From assembly GCF_009834535.1 (NCBI RefSeq), contig NC_045696.1, positions 9,178,001 to 9,242,000 of the forward strand: DNA of 64,000 bases, in the 5' to 3' direction. Made by a program: the position numbers and the translations under genes. Below are positions 54,301 to 64,000 of the stretch, piece after piece; the first letter of the stretch is position 1, and each line of letters begins with the position of its first letter. The notes below the pieces were generated by a model, which was given only the letters and a program-made list of their open reading frames with translations, was not told where the DNA came from and did no database searches. The stretch is from Camelus ferus. Lineage: Eukaryota.

Positions 54301-55359
54301 TCAAGAGTTTTATATTTATAAACACGCATTAGTGGAGTTCAGGCAATGCCTACCCTGCATCACTGGTTCTGATGTGAGTTCTGAATTCAACAGAGATGTG
54401 CTTCAGTCCATGTTAAGAACGGAGCTTTCCCTGCGTCCCCGCTGCTGGCGCTGACTTGGCATTCCAGCCCTTTCCGCTCTCTGTGAGGCTCTCTGGGGTG
54501 CCCCATGTAGGAACTCCATTTTGTGTCACTGAACTTCCTCCCAACAAGGGTTTCAGGTAGTTGAGGACCCATAAATAGTAAAGTGATCCCAACAACCTCC
54601 TCCGAGAGGCTCCTGGCCATTGTCCTGTAGGATTCAAAATGCATTTCCTCTGATTTCCTTGGTGAGGAAGCATTCACGTAGGTAGAAGCCACTTAAACTG
54701 TATTTTTCTCAAAGATGTAAGTAAATTTCCTGTTGATTTTTCAGCATAGATCAGTCCTTGCTTTTACCTTAAGTTTTAAGAGCGTCATTAAGAATGTAGG
54801 GGCCGCGCCATCTGCTGGACTGCACCCCCTCCCCCCAACCTCCTGGTCCAAGGACACTCCTGGGTCTGGTGAATGGGAGGGCTGGCCGGCACCCCTTAAG
54901 GGTGGTGTGTGGCCTTAACTGAGTCACCTTATGCAAACAAAGGAGATTTTCCTTGGCTCAAACAAAGGCAAGGCACAGGAACAGGGGCGTTTGAGCACAG
55001 TTGGTGATCTGTAGGCTTATCACATCTCAGCAGACACGGCAAGGAGGGATGGGGCAAGGAGGGATGGGCCCGTTTGGAGGTAGAAACACTCCAGTTTGCT
55101 CCAGGCATTGGTTTTGGGTTTTTACAGATGTTTTATTCTTCATTCTATTTGAAACCATTGTATGGAGTACAGTCACTGTCTGCTTGCCTATCTATCTGTC
55201 TATAATTAATGAGGAAGAGTCTAAACGCCTATCATAATACAGCTTTGGCCTCTTTAAACGGTGTCCAGCACCTACAGCACTGGGTCTTTCCAGATATTCC
55301 ACCCTCACCATCCTATCTTATCTGTTATCTGCTTATCAGTGTTGATGGTGGTCTTCCTC

Positions 55360-55546
55360 TGAGGTCCCCATCTGGGGTGGTTGGATCCCCAGAGGACATC
55401 TGGCACTGTCGGTAGACATTTTTGGTTGTCACCACTGGGGTGGGGGGGCGCTCCTAGTACCTAGTGGGTAGAGAGCAGGGGCGCTGGTAAACATCCCACA
55501 GGGCACAGGGCAGCCCCACCCGTGCAAAATGTCAGTCCTGCCAAGA
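55360..55546 (+). mobile_element. MER20-like hAT element
   Basis: CCCCAGAGGACATCTGGCACTGTCGGTAGACATTTTTGGTTGTCACCACTGGGG...CTAGTGGGTAGAG...TAAACATCCCACA. Confidence 0.8.
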
Positions 55547-56972
55547 CATCCCCGGGCTGCCCCCTCACTCATTCATGGTAAGTTGTAAAATGTCTCCTTT
55601 ACCTCTCTTCCCTACCAGTTTCTGCCTCTCTACAAAATTTATGAAAAACTTAGGTTGAGAAGTTCACACAGAATAAAAAATATAAAATTAGAGAGCATCA
55701 CTGAATATCAAAATTTTTTTTAAATATGAAAATATACCCGTGTTCTGTGTGCATCGAATCACACCATCTCCGAATCTCCCAGGTTGGGGATGTGTGGTGT
55801 CCAGAAGGAGAGGCTGAGGTGGGGTCGGCCTCTCATGGCAGGAAAAGCTCTTCCTGGAGGACTCCCCCTTACAGCCACTCCCTCAGGAGTGTCACAGGCG
55901 TGCAGGTCCACAGGGACCGGCAGAAACAATTCGAGAGCTCTGCTGGCTTCTCTTTGCTGAGTGCCACCCCCACCCCCAGGTCTCAGTCTGGGGCCACAGA
56001 TTCACCAATCCAGGAACTGGAATTGATGTGAGAGGACAATGACTTAGTTTTTTGAACTAAAAAGTGCTAAAAGCAAGGTCCTGGTATGCATGGCTGACTG
56101 ACACCTTGCAGAAACCAAAAAGGACTCAGTTTGCATGCCTGGGGGAAATGCAAGGAAGGGACAGGGACGGGATGCAAGCCCGATTTGATTCGCAGCCCTG
56201 GTGAGCCTGGTTGTCTGGCCACATGCTAGGTTTGCAGGGACCACAGGCAGACAGAGGCTGGATTCTTCCCAAGCTGTCTCCCACCGGCCCCGACTTGCTG
56301 GTCTGCCATCATCTATTTTCCACAAGGAGATTCAGGGAAAAATGGCTTGAAAACAGTCTGAAAAAAGAGCCCTCTAAGTGTTCTCACTGCAGCAAGACAG
56401 TGTCCGCTGCAGTTGGAATTTCTTGAATACGTCTTGCTCTGACTGCCTACTCTGGCTATGTGTTTGTGGACCCTCACTCTGAACTCTCCTGCCCCTCTGC
56501 TTCCTGTAACCTCCCCTCAGTAAAGCAACCAGCTCCCAGATTTGGCGTGAAGATCAGCTGTGGGTCTGATCGTTTGAGACTAGTAAGAGTTAACTATCCA
56601 CACGGGTGTTCCCGGGTGGGATCTGAGCTGGGCTGCTCGGGGACTTAGATGTGCTGGGGAGTGAAGGCCGCTGGGGAAAGGGCTCAGGAATGGCTGCGGC
56701 TCGAGCAGGTGACACAAGCACTGGGGAAAGGACGAAGATGAGTCTGGAAGCCCCCCGGAGGTGGCCTTCCAAGAATTTTCAAAACCCAGGAGATCCTGCC
56801 CTTAACTAGCAAAGCACTGTGTGACATCATCTGAAACTAGACCAGTGCCTGATATGGAGCAGGGACGCATTAAATCTCTCCGGATGAGTAAAGAGCCCAG
56901 GATTCCATTTGCTCCAGGCAGGAGAGCCCAGTGCTTAGTACGTGGACTTGAGTGGATTCTCCACTGGAAAGA

Positions 56973-57208
56973 CAGTGTCTCACCCTGGGTGCTCTCACAT
57001 TTAGGACTGATTATTCTTTGTTGTGGGGACCATCTTCTGCATTGTTGAATGGTTAGCAGCATCTCTGGCCTCTACCCCGTAGCCAGGAGCACTCCACCTC
57101 CAGGTCATGGGTCCTGACAACAAGAAATGCCTGCTGACTTTGCCAAATGCTCCCATGGACGAGAGGTGGTGGGTGAGGGGTGGGAGTGAACACTGGTTGA
57201 GGACACTG
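56973..57208 (-). mobile_element. MER20-like hAT element
   Basis: ATTCTTTGTTGTGGGG...TGCATTGTTGAATGGTTAGCAGCATCTCTGGCCTCTACCC...TGACAACAAGAAATG...TTGCCAAATG. Confidence 0.8.
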
Positions 57209-58744
57209 GCTCAGAGCTGTGTGTCCTAGGCAAGTTACTTAATCTGTCTGAGCCGAGTTCAACCTTGGGCTGAAGGCAGCAGAATGCAGCAAGGATTATC
57301 TGAAATAAGACAGACTTTGGGGGTTATTACTTTTCACGGTAAGATCTGTTGCTGTGGCACTAACTCAGCAGAATAGCTAATGGCAATTCTGATTGCGTAA
57401 CAGACGGTGCAGCCGGGACCTGCTTTTTTGTTCGTCTAAATGCACAACTTTTCTGGGGGAGAATATCAACCCTTATCCTTATTCGTCGGGGCCGTAGAGC
57501 TAGCTGTCAGGTCACGAAAGGGTTATGCATAGTGGGCACTGTGATTTCAGATCAGCGATGGAAGAGGCGAAATTAAATATGTACTGTAATTCGAGGCACT
57601 GTTCTTCATGGGAAAAGAAGTTCTCCCAACTTAGCCCTTCCAACTCTTTTGTCCAGACGTTTAATGGCATGCAAATATTTATTATTCATACATGCCCCTT
57701 TAATTCCCAATCGTATTTTAACAATAAACACTGCATTTTAACAATGAGGCAGAATAATCCCTTTGTCCTGTCCCCTGGCTGGCACCTCGCAGCATCACAT
57801 TAACCCTGCGTTGTAATTGCTGACTCCACCCAAGTGTAGGGCAGTTTTATAGTAGCGCCGCGGCAGCTCGCCTTGGACCGCACTTCAGGACGCCCTGGCT
57901 CTTCCCCTGGAAGACATTTTAAGGTTGTATCTCAGCATTTCCAGAAACTGCAAGTGAACACTCATGCATGTTTTTCTTTTCTGGCCACATAGCAACGGGG
58001 AATTGATTAATCTGGCTGTTGGCTGGAGAGGTATCTTGCCTTCTGCCCTAATCCATGGGCTCTAGAGTCCACGGAAACCACTGTACCCCGTCTCATATTC
58101 CTCTGACTCACAGTCACAGCACAGAAACATGCACATCTCTTGTTGACAATTTTGTGGGTCTTTGGAAGGCTGTGTGGCAAAGGATGAAAAGCAGGTGGGC
58201 TTGCAGGACTCAGAGGTGCCAGCCTCAGTCTCCCCATCTGTACAATGGGTATGACAGTGTGCATGTGCATCTTGAAAGGTTTTCAGGACGATTAGAATGA
58301 GATGATGCTTGTGTAGCAGGGCTTAGGAAGAAGGGCTCCGACTCATCTAGGCATTGTTCTTCCTTCTACAGGACAATTGCTGAGGGACGAGGGAAGAGAG
58401 AGAACAGGAGTTAGCCCATGTCTCACCAAGTCAGAAAGTTAGGAATGATGAGGAATTTATATGCCTTTATCCTCCTAAGAACCTTGTAAAGTGAGAGTGT
58501 CTGAGACACAGCAGGAATTTCATAAATACTCATAAATGCATGAATAATAATGATCCCGGACATGAATTCATGAAATACATGAATAATAATTTGCCAGACA
58601 CCGACCCTGTGATGCACTTTGTGTTCTCTGTTTTAATTGGTGAGTCTTTCTCACAGGCTTTGGACCCTGTTCAATCAGGGAAATATAGTGCCCATTGCTA
58701 CTTTATTAGAACTGTGCGCCAATCCAGAGGGCATTTCATGAGGG

Positions 58745-59290
58745 TATGTCATTCATTCATTCATCAGACATGCATTTTGCACCTGCTATAAACCAGGCAC
58801 TGGGCTAGCATTGGAGATAAACAAATGCCAGCCCAAGAGAAGCCACAGCCTGCTGGGGCCAGTGAGGGGCCCACAGTTAAGCAGGCGTCGCTGTTCTGAG
58901 TGGCCATGGTGAAAGGACAGGTGTGACAGGAGCAAAAGCACTGCCAGGCACATAACATTTTAGGGGTCTTTCTGGACAACCTGTCGGCTCAGTTGAGACA
59001 TTTTAGGGTGACCAGGAGGCTGTCCAGGTGAAGGCATCGGGAAGGGGGTCCAAGGAGAGAAAATAGGGTGGGGAGGAACACCTAGCCTGCCAACAGAGAG
59101 CTGGTCAGGGCTTTGACACCCACGCTGGGAATGTGATCTGGTCCCAGTGAAATGGGGGAGCGCCAGCAGGTTTAAGCAGGGAACTGGTATCACCAGATGC
59201 AAATGTAGGAAGATGCTAGGGTTGCAGATGGAGGGGGAAACGGGGCTTTTGGAGGGTGCTTGGAGCTTAGAGACTGGATCTGAGGTTGGC
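58745..59290 (-). mobile_element. L2 LINE fragment
   Basis: CATTCATTCATTCA...GCACCTGCTATAAACCAGGCACTGGGCTAG...GGTTTAAGCAGGG...CAGAT. Confidence 0.6.
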
Positions 59291-60631
59291 TGAATTCAAG
59301 GATGCTGGACCCGCAGACACGGAGGGTTCGCCGTACACCTAGTTTGCAAACACCACCCTGTTTGGTAAATGTCGTGGTGTCTAGAAATCAGCTCCCACCA
59401 GGCCCTGCCTCCCACACCCTGCAGCCTTGCCTGGAGCTGCCCTCTTCCCGCTGGGCCTCCGCCCCGACCTGCCCTCTCCGCTTCCTGTGGCAGCACTACC
59501 GGAGTAAAAAGGCTGCTGGGCAGACATGAGGACCTTGACGCTGTCTTCCCATCGAAATGCCCACTCCTCAGGCCTCTCTGCCGCAGCACCACGTGGCCTT
59601 GGGCTGTGTGTCTGAAGCACTGGGCTGTGAGCCCAAGCAGGTCAGGGCTAGGACTAGGCCAGCCCCAGGAGGTCACTTTGGTCACCTGTCCTGGGTGGCA
59701 TTTAGCCTGATGGGTGGAAACTAGGGAATTTGGGTGCGCCAACCAGAGGGCTCTCAGGATGGAAGTACCGGGCGGCAGGTGTGGCCTTGACATAAAGAGG
59801 CTGTGAATTCAGGGTCTTGGAGGTGTTTGGGCTAAAAGGATGAAAACTTGGTTTCTTATTCGAGACACTCAGGAACTCAGATACCAAAAGGAAAAAGGAA
59901 GATCAGAAAGGGACCCTGACATCTGGGAAAGGAAGTGCGAAATTCTGTGCACACGACGTGGTTCTTTGGGGTTCAGTTAACACTCTTCATGAAGAGAAAG
60001 GCTTACCCATCCTCTCCTATAGCAAGGCTGAGCTCACGCCTGTGCTGCCAAAAAGGAGAACGGAGCTTTCCAAGTGAAATCAGACATCATAAAGAACCAG
60101 CTGTCAAGCTGAAAGTTTACAGGATAATTCATTGATCCATTTATCAAACTTTTTTTTTATTGCCTTGGAACAGAAGATGCAAAGATTAATAAAACATTGT
60201 CCCTGTCCTCAAACAACTCATTTTTATAGAACAGCTCCAGAGAAAATGCTTGGCATGTTTTGTTGTTTTGTTTTGTTTTGTTTTGTTTTTGGTTTTCTCT
60301 AAGTAAAACTTGTACTTTTCAAACACTCCATCATACCCAACACATGCTGTTTTTTTTTATGGCAAACTCAGTTCTGTATTGTAAGCATTTGACTTTTGAT
60401 CAGCTTCAGGGGGTTGTCCTCATGCCAGTAGCTGGGGCCTTTCGCCTGCATTTTGCCTGTGTGGACGCAGGTGCAATCAGACAAGGGCGTCTGTAAACAC
60501 GGGCACTTTGCACACGAGTGGACATGCACTGACATCTTCACTTTGGTTCAATTCAGAGAAACCGGGAAATTCTGCACAACTTGAAGAATCTGGACCCTAT
60601 TTGGAAATCTCCAAATAAAGAATTATACAGC

Positions 60632-61277
60632 AACATAGCACATGATTCAGCAATCCCACTACTGGGCATATATCTGGAGGGAACTCTAATTCAAAAAGAT
60701 ACATGCACCCAATGTTCGTAGCAGCACTATATACAATAGCCAAGACATGAAAACAACCTAAACGTCCATCAGCAGATGACTGGATAAAGAAGTTGTGGTA
60801 TGTTTATACAATGGAATACTACTCAGCCATAAAAAAGAATAAAATAATGCCATTTTCAGCAACATGGGTGGACCTGGAGATCATCATTCTAAGCGAAGTA
60901 AGCCAGAAATAGAAACAAAAATACCATATGATATCACTCATATGTGAAATCTAAAAAAAGAAAAGACACTAATGAACTTATCTACAAAACAGAAACAGAC
61001 TCACAGACATAGTAAACAATCTTCCGGTTACTGGGGAAAAGGAGGGAGAAGGGATAAATTGGGAGTTCAAGATTTGCGAATATTAACTAGTATATATAAA
61101 ACAGATAACAAGTTTCCTCTGCAGGGCACAGGGAACTGTATTCAATATCTTGTAGTAACCTATAATGAAAAAGAATATGAAAACGAATATATGTATGTAT
61201 ATGTATGACTGAACATTATGCTGTACACCAGAAATAACTGACACATTGTGAACTGCCCATACTTCAATTAAAAAAAA
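60632..61277 (+). mobile_element. 5'-truncated L1 with degenerate ORF2 C-terminus, 3'UTR, poly(A) and 15-bp TSD
   Basis: Encodes HDSAIPLLGIY...DDWIKKLWYVYTMEYYSAIKKNKIMPFSATWVDLEIIILSEVSQ with stops and a frameshift. AAAGAATTATACAGC at 60617-60631 and 61278-61292. Confidence 0.93.
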
Positions 61278-62879
61278 AAAGAATTATACAGCCCTGCTGT
61301 GAAAAATCATGGTGTTTGGGTCAGAAAATGGATGAAGAACAAAAGCATGCATTTTGGCCACGAGGTTGTTCCAGTGGAAAAGTGAGCAACATAAATTAGA
61401 AATACTTTGTGCAAAATACTGCAAATTCAGATTGCTCCTGGAATCTGAGGGTTTGTTAACTTTAATTCTTAGTTACCTGCAATCAAAATTAGACCCAGCA
61501 TGGACTATGTGGTAAGAGAAGAAGTCTTCCTGCAACATCTCACAATCTTTTGGGATTTCCAGAACTTGCAGAGAGCAAAACTTGAGCCTTCCCTGGCTTT
61601 CTTGGTTTTCAAAAGCTGTGTCTTATTTCTTCTTCGACTTTTCCTGTTTAAAGTGTGTGAGCAGAACTGGTTTCCCCACAAAGATGCACCAATGAGTGAA
61701 AAATATCACAATTGCATTTCCTAAGCTGTGTGACCCCCCAGCAGCAGACAAGCCTTCCCTTGCGTGACAAAGGGCAAGTTTCACATCCCACCGAAACTGG
61801 CTCAAAAAGGAGAAGATGACTCACGGGTCCAAATCTTCACCAAGGAGAATGACCAAAACAGAGCCCAGTGGCTAAGGAGCCAGTGCCGGCGGCTTGGCTA
61901 CCCATGAACCAAATCTGGGGAGGGACAGGCATAGGAGGATGGAGGGAGGAGAGACTGCCCCTCAGACACCCATGGCCATGACGTTGCCGTGATGTGATGG
62001 GGCACTTCTTCTGAAGATGTTATTCCGCCCGGGGGTGTGAAATGATCTCCAGTCCCCTTTTCACCTTCCTTTCCTCTCCCCACCCTTGCCCTGGGGGAGC
62101 AGTGCACCCGTTTGCAGCAATCCTGAGGTTTCACCACTTCCAGATGTGGTGAGGAAGTGGGGTGTGTGCCCCGGCCCCTTGCGGAACTGCAGGGTCCAGC
62201 CGCGGCTTTATGAGACCACAGCCGGCTGGGCTGCCAGAGTTCACCAGCCCCGGTACCCCCGTAAACATGAGGCCTCAGAAAGCACAGACTTGGGGCTGCT
62301 GTCACTGCTTTGCCTTGGAGAGTGTGTTGTGGCAGCAAATGTCCAGGAAGACTGGCCCTGTGACCTTCTGCCCAACTAAATAAAGCAGCTAGTCTTCTGC
62401 ACTGGCATTTGGATGAACACACTGGCGTCGAGGGGGACGACACATGCAGGGGGTGGGGGTGGAGGGAGCGGGGAGGGCAGCATTTGGCCTGGCTTGTTTA
62501 TCAAGTGGATCAGCCAGTTGCAATTGTGCTTACAAAGGTCGCCAGCTGGCGGGACAGGAGTGAACTTGAACTTGAAGTTCAAGTTGAACTGTGCAGTTTC
62601 CCTGATGGAGCTCTAAGTTCCAAGCCGCTGCCTGCCTGCTGCCCTCTGCACTCTCAGAGTGCTGGAATTCTAGAGAAGAGAGGATGAGCCTGGAGGTGCT
62701 CCATCAGCACCACCTGCGGGACACCAAGGCTCACCTCCGCTCCCACCGTCAGACCTCACCGCCCGTTTGCCACCAACCCTCCCTTCCTCACAGACTGCCC
62801 ACCACTCTGGTCTTTGTGGAATCGTGTTTATCACATCTTTCATGATAATTAAACTGATGTTGGCTGATGCATTCTTTCA

Positions 62880-63050
62880 TTTAACTTGCCTAACAACACT
62901 GTGAGATGGAAAGACGGTTATCACTTCTGTTTCACAGGTGAAGAAGCTGAGGGCCCAGAGATGTTAAGTAACTTGCCTCGGGTCACACAGCTTACAAGTG
63001 GCAGAGAGCTGGGATTTGAACCCAGGCAGGTTGACTTGAGGGTCCATGCT
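62880..63050 (-). mobile_element. MIR SINE
   Basis: TTTCACAGGTGAAGAAGCTGAGGGCCCAGAGATGTTAAGTAACTTGCCTCGGGTCACACAGCT...GGGATTTGAACCCAGG. Confidence 0.85.
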
Positions 63051-64000
63051 GTTAACTAGCACCCCGCGTGTCTGCACTAACACAGGATTGTACAATCAAG
63101 TTCTTGTCTTTTGCTGCTTCTGGTCTTAAGTCAAGAGACGCCTTCATTCCTTCATTGTTTCTTTCCACCTTCTTATTCAGTCCTAGTATTGGTGCTTCTA
63201 CATAGTACTCCTCCTGGACCCGACCATCAGCCAAAACTCAGGGTGCTGTTTAGGTGAAGTTCCTGAGAGCTGGAGAAGGAAGTTCTCAAGGGTGCCCTTT
63301 CCTTAGCTTCCTCCACTGTGAATCCCCCCGCAGGGCACCGGTGACCGTGCAGCTTGCCCCCTCCTTGGGAGCCCAGAGCTGCAGCCTTTCAGCAGCACAG
63401 CCAGGGCCACCTGTGTGCTGGCCAAGGCCACTGCTTGTCTCCAAAGGGGCCAAATCCAGGGCTGCTGGGAGCCTTCTAGCCTCTCTGGGCAAGGACCCGC
63501 TCAGGCTGCAAATGTAAACATCAGTTCTCTCTGCGGCAGCGCCACCACCTCCCAGCCCTGCGTTTGATCCAGAATTGCCGATGTCGGGGTGGTGGTGATT
63601 TAGCCCATCGGTCCTCCTTTGCTCTCCTGTTGCCTTGGTACTAGTCTGGCTACAGCCTGCTGAGAAAAACACTTGAGAGTCAGTCTTTTATTCTCTACAC
63701 CCACGCACTTAAAATACCAGGCCCATAGGTCATTTTAATGAGGGAATTTGGCTAATAACACGTGTGCTCTGGGGTGCAGCTACCACGTCTGCAGGTGCTG
63801 GCAGAGGAGGGCTGTGTCTGGGCAGGGAAGAGCAGGGGCGGGGCGGGGGCGGGGCGCAGGGGGCGGGGCTCCGAAGGTCCGCTGTGCCCACTGGCTGACC
63901 GTCCCCAGGTATCCACACCCGCGCCAGGTCTGCTCGGAAGAATACAGGGAAGTGGCAGGCAGAGTTTTCCTGAAGTGGAAAATGTCACACACACCTGTGA

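Noticed and set aside
55038..55067. 15-nt tandem duplication GGCAAGGAGGGATGG x2 (similar short duplications near 12260, 18940, 37065, 58540)
   Set aside because: Ordinary slippage duplications; no spacer structure or array, so not CRISPR-like.

Overview
Mammalian genomic DNA covering the middle of the RUNX1 (AML1) gene on the + strand. A tRNA-derived SINE at ~19.3 kb and the young L1 3' ends suggest a camelid, by recognition from memory. The window holds ~36 kb of the large P1 intron, the 39-nt P1-isoform micro-exon (36201-36239, absent from the ORF track), and the CpG-island P2 promoter with its ~1.5-kb 5'UTR. It also holds the MRIPV/Runt exon (CDS 42008-42277, internal acceptor at 42024), the second Runt exon (48207-48363) and ~15 kb of the next intron. 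The P1 first exons and the next Runt exon lie outside the window. The rest is intron with MIR, L2, L1, MaLR/ERVL LTR and hAT (MER) repeats. No new gene system is evident. The best second-look items are an ungapped 77-bp inverted repeat with a nested hairpin (5593-6315), an apparently frameshifted orthologue of the human AML-1I alternative first exon (39353-39412), an upstream-ATG ORF overlapping the RUNX1 start, the diverged micro-exon, and dense GATA and nuclear-receptor motif clusters. All human/mouse comparisons and repeat family names are from memory, not from searches.
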